In this document: piece after piece, positions 8,401-18,814 of the stretch
Layout: every line of letters begins with the position of its first letter
Numbering within the stretch: position 1 is the stretch's first letter
Origin: Candidatus Latescibacterota bacterium
GTDB lineage: Bacteria; Latescibacterota; UBA2968
Length of the DNA stretch: 64,000 bases
Direction: 5' to 3'
Assembly: GCA_965207885.1 (NCBI GenBank)
Contig: OZ242311.1
Span: 2,240,001-2,304,000, forward strand
The notes under the pieces: model-generated
What the model was told of the DNA's origin: nothing
What the model saw: only the letters and a program-made list of their open reading frames with translations
The model's database searches: none
Translations under genes and position numbers: made by a program

Positions 8401-9495
8401 TCACAATTTGTAAAACGCTCGTGCATTTTCTCTCAAAACTTTTTCCAGTAGCGAATCGGATAGCCCTTTTGGAATGGCATCATCCGGTCCGTCAAAATGC
8501 CAGTGCGGATAATCGGTCGAAAACATCAGTATTTCATCCGAGTCCAGTTGTCCAATCATTTGCAAAAGGTGTTCGGAATTTATGGGCGTATCCATCGGTT
8601 GTAGCGTCATTCGAATGTGTTCTCGCACGTAATCCGATGGGGGGCGCACAACCCAGGGGGTGTCTCGGCGCAGGCCTTTCCACTCTTTGTCCATGCGCCA
8701 CATCCATGCGGGCATCCAGCCGAATCCACTTTCGATTAATACCACCCGTAATTCGGGAAACCGCGCAAACGCGCCTTCGGAGATTAAGCTCAGGACTTGT
8801 GCCTGAAAAATCTGCGCCATATCGGCACATTCTTCAATATAGGTCGAAGGCCAGCCCACGGGTGTGGGGGGAAGCGATGAAGCACCGCCAAAATGAATGC
8901 CAATTGCCAGGTCGTGATTTACTGCAGCCGCGTACATCGGATTGTATTCGCTTTTTCCATATAGAGAATAGGAGCGAACAGGGAGTATTACCTGTACGAA
9001 GCCGGGATGATCGCCAAAGCGTTCAATTTCTCGCGCGGCGAGGATGGGATTCTGGCTGGGTACGACCAATGAAGCGCGGAGACGCGCGTCTTTCTCCAGC
9101 CAGTGATCAATCTGCCACTGGTTGACCGCTGTTGCAAGCGATGCTGCGAGGTCTTCGTTGTGTACGCTTTGCACCCAATAGCCACAGGTCAAAATCCCCA
9201 CTTCCACGTCCCAGGGATCGAGTACCTGTTTTTGCGTCAGTCCCAGGTCGGAGCCCGGGGGACCATTTGTGGGTCGAGTACCTTGCCGCGCAGATGTGGG
9301 CGCGCCACCCGGATAATCATTCGCGCCGGGGCCTCGAAAATGGGATTCGCGAATATACGCGACCCAGTGGTCTTCCAGATATGGAACAAGGGTTTCCAGG
9401 GAGGCAAACGCATTGTGAATGTCGCAATCGATAACGGGACGGCCAAGGCCTGTAAAATCAGCGGGCATATTCTTTTCTTTTTGGAATGTGATCAT
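8401..9495 (-). CDS. Amidohydrolase family (Amidohydro_2) protein, tandem paralog
   Basis: IDCDIH, IGIHFGG, LIESG and FSTDYPHWHFD motifs. Confidence 0.9.
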   Translation of the reverse strand: MITFQKEKNMPADFTGLGRPVIDCDIHNAFASLETLVPYLEDHWVAYIRESHFRGPGANDYPGGAPTSARQGTRPTNGPPGSDLGLTQKQVLDPWDVEVGILTCGYWVQSVHNEDLAASLATAVNQWQIDHWLEKDARLRASLVVPSQNPILAAREIERFGDHPGFVQVILPVRSYSLYGKSEYNPMYAAAVNHDLAIGIHFGGASSLPPTPVGWPSTYIEECADMAQIFQAQVLSLISEGAFARFPELRVVLIESGFGWMPAWMWRMDKEWKGLRRDTPWVVRPPSDYVREHIRMTLQPMDTPINSEHLLQMIGQLDSDEILMFSTDYPHWHFDGPDDAIPKGLSDSLLEKVLRENARAFYKL

Positions 9496-11159
9496 TGCGA
9501 GACGCCGCCGTGTGCGTCAAAAAAATCGAAAATAGACGGTAGAGTTGTGAACCATATTGTGTTGTGCGTATCGTCGGGATATTCGGTATAGGTGAAATTT
9601 GTCATATACTTTGCCAACAGTTTTGCGGTGCGTCGAGCGGGTTCTGCCAGCGCGACCATGTCCTTTGCTCCTTGCGAAAATAGCACGGGAAGATCGGCAT
9701 GCGGTTTGACGTGTCTCGATCTTACCCAACGCCCACTGGCCGCGATTGGCGCGATGGCGGCAAATTTTTCGGCATGCCTCAATCCCAGAATCCAGGTGCC
9801 ACCTCCGCCCATCGAATGACCGGTGAGGTACACGCGCTCTGGATCGATATTGTAGATGGACAATACGCGATCCAATACATCCATGACATCTTGCCCGCCA
9901 ATTCTGCGATACCCAGTAAAAGGCCCGCGTCCACTCGGCGCGACAAATAAATATCCGCGTTCTTGTGATAGATGCTTGCACAGGTTCTCTGTTTCGCCTC
10001 TTCTGCGCCGGTCCAACCAGGTGTTTTCGCTGCCAGAAGCACCGTGAAGGCCAATGATCAGCGGCCATGATCGATCCGGCGTATATCCCTCTGGCACAAA
10101 TATGCGGTAGGGTACGAGTTGGCTGTCAACTGCTGATTGATACGCGAGGTGAAAGTCGCCAGTGCTTTTCTTCAGGGGGTCTTCTCCTGCCAAAAGTGCC
10201 GAAGATAGGGTTTCGGCGAGGTCGATGTCCGCCGGTATGTTAATCGCGCCGCGCCATGTCAATCCCCTGCCGCTTCTGCGGTATTTCATGACCATAGGTT
10301 GCGCTGTTCGCCTGAGATCTCCCACGTATTTGGCGTGCATTTCCTCGAGATGCGCGACGATATATTCGATTGTTTCGATAGCTGCCCGCTGGGACGCACC
10401 ACGGGACGCGATATTCTCGCCATGCAAGGTTTTTAGCCGCGTTTGCAAAATTTTCAAGCGTGAAGACATTGTGTCTGTGTGCAAAAAAGCTCTTGTGACT
10501 CTCAGCAGAAGTTTGCCCGCTGGATCGCGCAATTCATATCGCACACCTGCGCGTCCTTCGGGCAAACCCGTTGTTGATAGGGCACTATCGAAAGCGCGGA
10601 CAGACGAAATTGGTAGTGTGCGCTCGTCAACCACACCCTTCGTTCCCCGCAGCGATAGCCGCGCCGTATATTCGCCTGAAAGCGGATGTCCCAGGCTAAA
10701 GAGGGGTTTCAGTTGTACGTGAAGCGTGTCGTCCGTGTTCGTGATGGTGCGATTTAATACCAGGTTGTAGCTTGCGGCGAGTTCTGTACCTTCGCCAGAG
10801 CTACTGTCTCGCGTCATTGCCATAAATCTTATAAACAGGCGGTAGGCGCGATAGTTGTCTTTTTTTTCGAAAGCTGCAAAGGCTGTATCCGATAGTGCTT
10901 GGAGATTGGGTGGTATGCCCTCATCTGTTGCTTTCAGGCGGTTCAATGTAGAACGCGCGACCACTGTAAATGCGCGGGCATCTTCCCAGGCGATATCGCC
11001 GAGTTGTTCGCCTTCGAGCAGTGTGATAGGATGCTGAGCATAGCCTCTCACACAGGATCCTATTATGCAGAATAGGAATATGCCGCATATTGAGGTGTAC
11101 TTAAAAAGAAGATGGGGGAAAGAGATGGACATAAGTGTCTCCTTTTTATAAATCAACAC
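9492..11159 (-). CDS. Secreted alpha/beta-hydrolase (esterase / S9 peptidase-like)
   Basis: Signal-like N-terminus, GLHG oxyanion motif, GHSMGG nucleophile elbow, C-terminal Asp and His. Confidence 0.85.
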   Translation of the reverse strand: MLIYKKETLMSISFPHLLFKYTSICGIFLFCIIGSCVRGYAQHPITLLEGEQLGDIAWEDARAFTVVARSTLNRLKATDEGIPPNLQALSDTAFAAFEKKDNYRAYRLFIRFMAMTRDSSSGEGTELAASYNLVLNRTITNTDDTLHVQLKPLFSLGHPLSGEYTARLSLRGTKGVVDERTLPISSVRAFDSALSTTGLPEGRAGVRYELRDPAGKLLLRVTRAFLHTDTMSSRLKILQTRLKTLHGENIASRGASQRAAIETIEYIVAHLEEMHAKYVGDLRRTAQPMVMKYRRSGRGLTWRGAINIPADIDLAETLSSALLAGEDPLKKSTGDFHLAYQSAVDSQLVPYRIFVPEGYTPDRSWPLIIGLHGASGSENTWLDRRRRGETENLCKHLSQERGYLFVAPSGRGPFTGYRRIGGQDVMDVLDRVLSIYNIDPERVYLTGHSMGGGGTWILGLRHAEKFAAIAPIAASGRWVRSRHVKPHADLPVLFSQGAKDMVALAEPARRTAKLLAKYMTNFTYTEYPDDTHNTIWFTTLPSIFDFFDAHGGVSQ

Positions 11160-11292
11160 GAGTCATTCGACAAAATAAGTTGCCATTGGGAAAAAAGCAA
11201 GGCTAAGGAACAATTCCGACTTGTGCGATGCAGAATCCCACTTTATCATGGTCTGATACTACTATTGTCAATCTTATGCAAAGGATGCAATC

Positions 11293-12822
11293 ATGACTTC
11301 TACTCTTCGCAAATCCATTGTCGCCCTGCTGTTATTGCTTCCATGTCCCGTCCTCGCAGATGTTTCGCTGCCTGCAATTTTCTCAGATAATATGGTGTTG
11401 CAGCGACAAATTGCAATATCCGTGTGGGGAAATGCCGATGCCAATGAAGAGATTACCATTGAGTTAGATACCCAGCGCGTGACGATCACAGCAGATGCAG
11501 GGGGCACATGGCAGATTCACCTGAGTCCTATGGATGCGGGAGGCCCGTATCAACTCACCGTGCGCGGCAAGAATGTCATCACTTTTAACAATGTGATGGT
11601 GGGGGAGGTCTGGATTTGCTCGGGGCAATCCAATATGGCCTGGTCCGTCAGGCGTTCTCAAAATGCGGAGGATGAGATCAAAGCGGCGGATTATCCCAAT
11701 ATCAGGCTTTTTACGGTCAAACGCAGTGCCACTCAAAGGCCCGCGAAAGATGTTGAGGGCACCTGGAGTGTATGCGATACGAGTAGTGTCAGCAATTTTT
11801 CTGCGGTGGCTTATTATTTTGGGCGCCACCTGCACAAATCTTTGAATGTGCCCATTGGTCTTATCAATACATCCTGGGGTGGTACACCGGCTGAGGCCTG
11901 GACTTCATTGCCCGCACTTCAAGTCATACCGGAGTATGCGCCGCTGGGCAAACGCTGGGCAGAACATATCGCCGCTTATCCAGAAGCACAGAAGATATTC
12001 CAAACCAGAATCGCTGTATGGCGTGCAAATACCGATAGCTTGCGCGCTTTGGGGCAACGCCGCCCGCGAGCACCGCGCGGTCCAAATCATCCCCATCGCC
12101 CGTCTGTGCTCTACAATGGGATGATCGCACCTCTCGTTCCCTATGGCATTCGCGGTGCGATATGGTATCAGGGGGAATCAAACGCTGGTCGTGCGTATCA
12201 ATATCGCGCGTTGTTTCCGGCGATGATTCAGAACTGGCGTTCGAGTTGGGGGCAGGGCGCATTTCCATTTTTCTTTGTACAGCTTGCCAATTTTAGACAG
12301 GTAAAGGAAAATCCAGAGGAGAGTGCCTGGGCTGAATTGCGCGAGGCGCAATTGATGGCACTTTCATTGCCAAATACGGGTATGGCTGTGGCGATTGATA
12401 TTGGAGAGGCAGACGATATTCACCCGAGGAATAAACAGGATGTTGGCTTGCGTCTGGCTCTGGGGGCAGAAGCTACGGTCTATGGTCTGGATCAACCGCA
12501 TTCTGGTCCCATTTATCGGTCTATGACGGTTGAAGAAGACAAAATTCGCCTGCGATTTGATCACGCGTATGGCGGCTTAAAAGCAAAGGGCAATATGCTC
12601 AAGGGTTTTGCAATTGCCGGTCAAGATAGCAAATTTGTCTGGGCAGAGGCAAAGATTGATGGCGACGATGTGCTGGTCTGGAGCAAAGATGTGCAGCAAC
12701 CCGTTGCTGTCAGATACGCCTGGGCAGATAATCCAGTTTGCAATTTGTACAATGGAGCAGATTTGCCAGCATCGCCTTTTCGCACAGATGACTGGCGCGG
12801 TATCACCGCTGATCGGCAGTGA
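11293..12822 (+). CDS. Sialate O-acetylesterase (SASA)
   Basis: Signal peptide; GEVWICSGQSNM, WYQGESN, DIHPRNK and VRYAW motifs. Confidence 0.93.
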   Translation: MTSTLRKSIVALLLLLPCPVLADVSLPAIFSDNMVLQRQIAISVWGNADANEEITIELDTQRVTITADAGGTWQIHLSPMDAGGPYQLTVRGKNVITFNNVMVGEVWICSGQSNMAWSVRRSQNAEDEIKAADYPNIRLFTVKRSATQRPAKDVEGTWSVCDTSSVSNFSAVAYYFGRHLHKSLNVPIGLINTSWGGTPAEAWTSLPALQVIPEYAPLGKRWAEHIAAYPEAQKIFQTRIAVWRANTDSLRALGQRRPRAPRGPNHPHRPSVLYNGMIAPLVPYGIRGAIWYQGESNAGRAYQYRALFPAMIQNWRSSWGQGAFPFFFVQLANFRQVKENPEESAWAELREAQLMALSLPNTGMAVAIDIGEADDIHPRNKQDVGLRLALGAEATVYGLDQPHSGPIYRSMTVEEDKIRLRFDHAYGGLKAKGNMLKGFAIAGQDSKFVWAEAKIDGDDVLVWSKDVQQPVAVRYAWADNPVCNLYNGADLPASPFRTDDWRGITADRQ

Positions 12823-12846
12823 GTCCCACCTTCACAGGAGATTCCA

Positions 12847-13881
12847 ATGTCCGCTATGAAAGCAGCACTTTACAAGGGTATCCGCGAAATTGAATGGCAA
12901 GATGTTGAATATACGCCCCCAGCACCGGATTATATTACTCTGCAAACGAGGAGTTCTGGTATCTGCGGTAGCGATCTGCACAATTATTTTGGCGAGTGGA
13001 AACCTTCACTCGAACGCGCCGCGGGACACGAGTTGTGTGGCACGGTTGCCGAAGTTGGCGAGGGCGTTACGGGCATTGAGGTAGGGGATCTCGTCACTGC
13101 CGAATGTTTTTCGCATTGCGGTACATGTCACTATTGTGTTACAGGTCGCTACAACCACTGCGCCAATCGCAAGTGGTTTTCGGGCGAATCGCACGGTGGT
13201 TTTGCCGAATACACAACCGCACACAAAAATAGTGTCTTCAAATTGCCCAATATGACTTTTGAACAGGGTGCGCTTGTAGAACCCCTCGCTGTCGCGCATC
13301 GCGCACTCGCGCAGGCAAAAGCGTCTTATCAGGATCGGGTTGCCGTGATCGGTGGGGGAACAATTGGTCAACTCTGTCTGGCAGTTGCCAAAGCTATCGG
13401 TGTGCGCGAAACGCTGATTACCGCCAAATATCCGCAGCAGGCCGACCTCGCGCGTGACCTGGGTGCGGATCACATCGTCGATATCACAACGACCGATGTG
13501 AAGGATGTGGTTAATGACCTCACCGATGGCATGGGGTATGACGCCGTTATCGAAACTGTGGGTACCGCGCAGAACTTCGATGATTCTATCGCTATATCGC
13601 GCCGCCATGCCATGATCGTTCTCGTGGCCGGTTACTTCAAGCCCCTCGAGGTTGACTTGCGCTCAATTGTCTGGTCCGAAGTCAATATCACAGGCTCTAA
13701 TTGCTACGGTTTCAGCGGCATGCGTACCGATTTTGATGTCGCTATTGACCTTATTACTTCTGGGCGCGTGCAAGCTACAAAACTCGTCACCCACCGCTAT
13801 CCCTTTGCCGATATCGCCGAAGCTTTTCACACCGCCGCTGACAAAAAGTCCGGCTGTGTCAAAGTGCATCTCGTAAAATAA
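12847..13881 (+). CDS. Zn-dependent alcohol/sugar dehydrogenase (MDR)
   Basis: GICGSD, GHE, four-Cys structural Zn lobe, GGGTIG. Confidence 0.92.
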   Translation: MSAMKAALYKGIREIEWQDVEYTPPAPDYITLQTRSSGICGSDLHNYFGEWKPSLERAAGHELCGTVAEVGEGVTGIEVGDLVTAECFSHCGTCHYCVTGRYNHCANRKWFSGESHGGFAEYTTAHKNSVFKLPNMTFEQGALVEPLAVAHRALAQAKASYQDRVAVIGGGTIGQLCLAVAKAIGVRETLITAKYPQQADLARDLGADHIVDITTTDVKDVVNDLTDGMGYDAVIETVGTAQNFDDSIAISRRHAMIVLVAGYFKPLEVDLRSIVWSEVNITGSNCYGFSGMRTDFDVAIDLITSGRVQATKLVTHRYPFADIAEAFHTAADKKSGCVKVHLVK

Positions 13882-13894
13882 AAAGGTTTGTGCT

Positions 13895-15097
13895 ATGGGT
13901 ATTCGTCTCGGTATTGTCGGCGTAGGGGCATTTGCACAGGGCTTTATTCCCCTGTTCAATGCACATCCAGATGTAGATCAGGTCGTTCTGTGCGATCTGG
14001 ATGAAGAAAAACGCCAGAGTAACGCCGAAAAACACGGGATTGTGCAGACGGCGCCTTCTCTCGATGATCTGTGTGATACCGATGTTGATGCTATCGCGCT
14101 TTTTACCCAGAACTGGTTGCATGGGCCACAGGCAACTCAAGCACTTCGCGCGGGTAAACACGTCTATTCAGCTGTGCCACCGGGCATGGCACTCGACGAA
14201 ATTCGCGCGATTGCCGAAGCTGTCTGCGAGACGGGCAATATCTATATGCTCGGTGAAACGAGTTACTATTATCCGGCAGTGATTTACTGTCGGCAGCGAT
14301 TCCGCGAGGGCGCGTTTGGCGATATTGTGTACGCCGAGGCCGAATATTATCACGACTGGGATCACGGTCTGTACGCTGTTGCAAAGTGGCGCGGAGGGAA
14401 AAATTGGCGCGAAACCGCTGGCAAACCCCCTATGTTTTATCCCACCCATTCGACGAGTCAGATTCTCTCTATCACGGGCACGCGTATGACCCACGTTTCA
14501 TGCCAGGGTTTCACAGATCGCCACGAGGATAGAATCTATAAATCAAATAAGTGGAATAATCCTTTCAGCAATGAGTCTGCGCTGTTCAAACTGTCCGATG
14601 GCAGCACCGCGCGCATCAATGAATTTCGCCGTGTTGGACATCCGGGGACGGTGCGTATGACGATGTTTGGCACACAGGGCAGCTTTGAACACAATGCCTC
14701 GGGTGCCGTCTGGCTCACAAAAGATCGGTCTGAACGCGAATCTCTCGACGCGCAACTCACCTGTCGCGTAGCGGTAAGACGCGTTGAGGGCGATATGGAC
14801 AAGGTTACCGCAGACGATGGGACGCATCACACAGTTGCTCCCGTTCATCCCGTTCACCGCTTGCCCGATGCGTTTAGAGGTTTGCCCAATGGTCACAATG
14901 GCTCACATCAGTTTCTGGTTGACGATTTTGTTCGCGCCTGTGTCTCGGACAAGACGCCGCCGAACAATATTTACGAAGCTGCGCGCTATATGATCCCGGG
15001 CCTCATTGCCCACGAATCGGCCCTTAAGGGCGGTGAATTGCTCGAGATTCCCGATTTGGGCGATCCGCCCACGGGTAATCGTCTGGAAATCGATTGA
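13895..15097 (+). CDS. Gfo/Idh/MocA oxidoreductase
   Basis: GIVGVG Rossmann motif; AGKHVYSAVP variant of the EKP motif. Confidence 0.88.
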   Translation: MGIRLGIVGVGAFAQGFIPLFNAHPDVDQVVLCDLDEEKRQSNAEKHGIVQTAPSLDDLCDTDVDAIALFTQNWLHGPQATQALRAGKHVYSAVPPGMALDEIRAIAEAVCETGNIYMLGETSYYYPAVIYCRQRFREGAFGDIVYAEAEYYHDWDHGLYAVAKWRGGKNWRETAGKPPMFYPTHSTSQILSITGTRMTHVSCQGFTDRHEDRIYKSNKWNNPFSNESALFKLSDGSTARINEFRRVGHPGTVRMTMFGTQGSFEHNASGAVWLTKDRSERESLDAQLTCRVAVRRVEGDMDKVTADDGTHHTVAPVHPVHRLPDAFRGLPNGHNGSHQFLVDDFVRACVSDKTPPNNIYEAARYMIPGLIAHESALKGGELLEIPDLGDPPTGNRLEID

Positions 15098-15137
15098 TCA
15101 GTTGTGGGGAGAGTAGAATTCATCCATAAACAGGGAG

Positions 15138-15881
15138 TTGACCATGTCTTATTTTTCTAATGAAGAAAAAGCCTTTTTTAAAAAAAATGGCTATGTTGTC
15201 AAACCCGACCTGATTGCATCAGACCTGCTCAAAAATGCGCGGGATGCCGTGTGGGAATATATCGAGGCGGATCGCGATGATCCTCAGACATGGATCAACG
15301 CGGGGCCAAAAGGCAATCTGCCGTGTAGCGACCATCCCGCAGTCGCGGCTATGAGGACAGATACACCGCTTTACGATATGGCCGAAGAACTCGCGGGTAA
15401 GGGGCGTCTTCGTTCGCCTGGAAATGGGCTGTGTAAAATGATTTACCCGAGCGGGCATACGGACTGGCAGCCGCCGCGAGGGCATCTGGACGGGTATCTC
15501 ATCGAGGGTGTAGCGGATACTTTCACCGTTGCTGTGACTATTAATATCAGCGATGTTTTGCCCCGTGGCGGCGGTTTTACTACATGGGCGGGAGCGCACC
15601 TCAAGGTTGCCAGATATTTCCAGGCGCATGCCCTGACTAATTTGAGCGGTCTCAAAGCCCCGGGTTTTCTGCATCCCGATACGCGCTATGAACACGCCGC
15701 ACCTGCGGGAACGGTCTGCTTCTGGCACCACTATATGTTGCACACGGCCAGCATGAATTGTCGGACAGATATCCGCATGGCGATTGTCAATCGCTTTGCT
15801 TTCAAGAACCTGAGCGATATCCTGTTCGACCTGCCCTTCGATCTGTGGGACCACTGGGAAGGCTTGCGCGATATCAACTGA
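15138..15881 (+). CDS. Phytanoyl-CoA dioxygenase-like Fe(II)/2OG enzyme
   Basis: FFKKNGYVV start, HLD motif, distal H (LHTAS) and R. Confidence 0.82.
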   Translation: MTMSYFSNEEKAFFKKNGYVVKPDLIASDLLKNARDAVWEYIEADRDDPQTWINAGPKGNLPCSDHPAVAAMRTDTPLYDMAEELAGKGRLRSPGNGLCKMIYPSGHTDWQPPRGHLDGYLIEGVADTFTVAVTINISDVLPRGGGFTTWAGAHLKVARYFQAHALTNLSGLKAPGFLHPDTRYEHAAPAGTVCFWHHYMLHTASMNCRTDIRMAIVNRFAFKNLSDILFDLPFDLWDHWEGLRDIN

Positions 15882-15893
15882 AAGGATGCCGTT

Positions 15894-16865
15894 ATGGCAC
15901 GAATGAAACGACTTGAAAAGCTCGATGGCTTCGCCAATGTGCAGATGGTCGAAGTCGAACAGCCAGAACCCGGTCCCGATCAGATGCTGATTGAGGTCAA
16001 GCGCAGCCTGATTAGCAGGGGGTCGGAGCTATTTTGGCGATACGTCCGGGAAGAGGCGGTAAGTCCTGAGATGATGGGGTATTCCGACTCGGGTGAGGTC
16101 GTGGGCGTGGGGGCCAACATCCAGGATTTCGCAGTGGGACAGCGCGTCATGGCGAACACCCCGCACGCTCAGTACGTCATTGCCGGCGAAACCGAGAGAT
16201 CCCGGCGCGCTTTCCCCCTTCCGGAAGAACTCAGCTATGAGACCGCGACCTTTCTCCCTCTCGCGACCAGTTCTGTGATGTGGATGCGCTCTTCGCCAAT
16301 AGAACCCGGGCAGACCGTTGTCGTGCTCGGTCAGGGGATCGTAGGTGCCCTGTGCGCTCAGGTCGTCTGGGAACGCGATCCCGGATGTGTAATCGTCGTC
16401 GATGCACAGCCTCTCCGATGCGATATCGCGCGGAAACTGGGGCACGAAAATGTGATCAATGTCTCCCAGACCGACTCCGTGGCAGCGGTCAAGGAACTCA
16501 CAGATGGCAAGGGTGCCGACCTCGTCGTCGAGTGCGTCGGGGGCTACGCTGGTATCCAGTCCTTCGAACAAGCTCAGAAGATGCTCGCATCCAGGGGAAC
16601 AATTCATCTCATCGCGAAGTATCAAGGTGCTCCATTGCCTCTGGAAGGGGACGCCTTTATGAATAAGCAGATCATCGCGGGCATCCGCATCGATACACCC
16701 AGAGAGGCGTGTATGCGGGATGCAGCCCAGATGCTGATCGACGGACGGGTCAAAGTCGCCGAACTGATCACCCACAGACTCCCATGGGAACAAACTCCGG
16801 ATGCGTATCACCTGCTCTATCACAAGCCGGACGAAGCACTCGGCGTCATTCTGGAGTGGGATTGA
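15894..16865 (+). CDS. MDR-family dehydrogenase lacking canonical Zn ligands
   Basis: SRGSE and GYS replace CxSD and GHE; GQGIVG; ends LITHRLP. Confidence 0.85.
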   Translation: MARMKRLEKLDGFANVQMVEVEQPEPGPDQMLIEVKRSLISRGSELFWRYVREEAVSPEMMGYSDSGEVVGVGANIQDFAVGQRVMANTPHAQYVIAGETERSRRAFPLPEELSYETATFLPLATSSVMWMRSSPIEPGQTVVVLGQGIVGALCAQVVWERDPGCVIVVDAQPLRCDIARKLGHENVINVSQTDSVAAVKELTDGKGADLVVECVGGYAGIQSFEQAQKMLASRGTIHLIAKYQGAPLPLEGDAFMNKQIIAGIRIDTPREACMRDAAQMLIDGRVKVAELITHRLPWEQTPDAYHLLYHKPDEALGVILEWD

Positions 16866-16893
16866 TCTGATTTTGAGCAGGACAGGAGACGCT

Positions 16894-18090
16894 ATGAAGA
16901 AACTTCGATTGGCTGTTGTGGGTTGCGGTGCTTATGAAAGTTCCCGTGCTCGCGGATATATCGCGACGATGGTCAAGTTGACCGGTCTCTACGATTTGTG
17001 CGCGATCTGTGATCATAGCGAGCAGTCGTTACAGGTTGTTGGCGAGCGTTTTGGCGTTGACGCGCGATATACCGATTTTGAAGCGATGCTCGATGGGGAA
17101 AAGCCAGATGTGGTTTTTATTCTTGTCCCCACAGATGGACAGGCGGTCATGGCTTTGGCGGCTGTTGAGCGCGGCTGTCATATTATCACGGAGATTCCCT
17201 ATGCCCACACGCTGGCGATTGGCGATGCAATTGATCGGGCATGTCGAGATAGAGGCGTTGTTTGGGAGGTCGCTGAAAATGTCTGGCTCTGGCCTCAGGA
17301 ACAATTAAAGCAAAAGATCGTTAGAAAAGGACTGCTTGGAAAACTGACACATGCGCGTCTGTGGTACACGTCTGGTAGCTATCACGGGATCAACGGGGTT
17401 AGAATGATCCTCGACAAGGCCGCGACCCGTGCCCTGGGCTATGCACAATCGGTAGAAGTGTTGCCATATAGCAATTATGGTGGGGTGGAGGAAATGACCC
17501 GATGGTGGGAGAGTGCTGTTGTGGAGTTCGAGGATGATGTGGTCTGTTTATACGAGATGTCACCAGCGGGTGCGCGTGGGAACTTCTGGGATATCGAAGG
17601 GGTGAAGGGGCATCTTTCGGGCAATGAACTGGTGCTTTATGGAGGCGGTGAACGCGCATCTTATCCGATTCGAGAGATGTTTGAGGAGATTGATGGCGAG
17701 CAGATTCTCTCGTCTGTTCGCGTGGATACCGATCCACCGGTTGTCTGGGAGAATCCATTCAAGTACCAGAAGGTTTCCCATACGGACGATGTGGCTAAAG
17801 CCGCGATTCTCAATAGCCTTTACAGGGCAGTGACAGAGGGATCAGAACCGCAGTACAGTCCTGCAAATGCCCGCAGGGATCTGGAGATCTGGATTGCGAT
17901 TCGCGAAAGCGCGAATAGGGGTAGTGTCTGGGTTGATCTTCCGCTGACGGAAGAGACAGATCTCGAGTGTCGCTTTGAAGCCGAATTTGTTCGGCAGTAC
18001 GGGGGGCATCCCATCACAGACCGCAAGCGTCTGTTAAATGCGCCTTTCCAACGTCTCAGTCCGTTGTGGACGGTGGCGGGTTGGTTGTGA
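16894..18090 (+). CDS. Gfo/Idh/MocA oxidoreductase
   Basis: Start moved to ATG 16894 after AGGAG; AVVGCG and ITEIP motifs. Confidence 0.85.
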   Translation: MKKLRLAVVGCGAYESSRARGYIATMVKLTGLYDLCAICDHSEQSLQVVGERFGVDARYTDFEAMLDGEKPDVVFILVPTDGQAVMALAAVERGCHIITEIPYAHTLAIGDAIDRACRDRGVVWEVAENVWLWPQEQLKQKIVRKGLLGKLTHARLWYTSGSYHGINGVRMILDKAATRALGYAQSVEVLPYSNYGGVEEMTRWWESAVVEFEDDVVCLYEMSPAGARGNFWDIEGVKGHLSGNELVLYGGGERASYPIREMFEEIDGEQILSSVRVDTDPPVVWENPFKYQKVSHTDDVAKAAILNSLYRAVTEGSEPQYSPANARRDLEIWIAIRESANRGSVWVDLPLTEETDLECRFEAEFVRQYGGHPITDRKRLLNAPFQRLSPLWTVAGWL

Positions 18091-18115
18091 TGTGCACTAC
18101 TCAGATTGGAGAGAT

Positions 18116-18784
18116 ATGATGCGTTTTTTTATGATGTTCTTGTCGATGGTTATTGTTTCAGCTCAAACTGTGCAAGCGCAACCGGCAGATGTGAAAAGTC
18201 ATGTTGCTGCGCTTAAAGGCAAGACGTTCTGGATCAAAATCGATTTTGTAGAGGTGAATGACGGGATTCGAGGTATTGATGCGGCAAATGTTTTTGAGAA
18301 TGGGGAAGTTTCATACCGCGCCACAATAGGCGGTTTTCGCCAGTCTCAGTCTCAGTCTGCAGAGGATTTTGCCGAGGAAGTCAGGAATATCATTATACGA
18401 GATGAGCTTTCGGGGTGGAGCGTGCGGGTGATCCAAAGGGGCGCGAAAGTTCAAATCCGAAAAGCTGAGGCAAGGGAGAAAGAGGTCTATATTGAACTCG
18501 ACAGACTGTCAGGTGCTCGCCATGCCGTTCGTCTCAAGGTCAATAGGGATGAGTACACGATTCCCGAAGTTGAACGTCTTTTCAATATCGCCTTTGCTGC
18601 AAGCGAAGCGGAATTAGAAGGTGCAGAGGATACCGTTTTGCTCAAAATGAATATGTCCATTGAAGAAGTGATCGCCCTGAAAGGCAAACCCAAAACGCGC
18701 GTTGACCTCGGCTCCAAAACCGTTCTCACTTATGACGACTTGAAACTGATATTCAAAGATGGGAAATTGGTTGATGCGGAGTAA
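18116..18784 (+). CDS. Secreted hypothetical protein with a C-terminal SmpA/OmlA-like domain
   Basis: Start moved to 18116 after GGAGA; signal peptide ending VQA; C-terminus MSIEEVIALKGKP...LIFKDGKLVD. Confidence 0.7.
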   Translation: MMRFFMMFLSMVIVSAQTVQAQPADVKSHVAALKGKTFWIKIDFVEVNDGIRGIDAANVFENGEVSYRATIGGFRQSQSQSAEDFAEEVRNIIIRDELSGWSVRVIQRGAKVQIRKAEAREKEVYIELDRLSGARHAVRLKVNRDEYTIPEVERLFNIAFAASEAELEGAEDTVLLKMNMSIEEVIALKGKPKTRVDLGSKTVLTYDDLKLIFKDGKLVDAE

Positions 18785-18814
18785 AGCATCGGATCGTTGG
18801 ATTGAGATCGGAGA

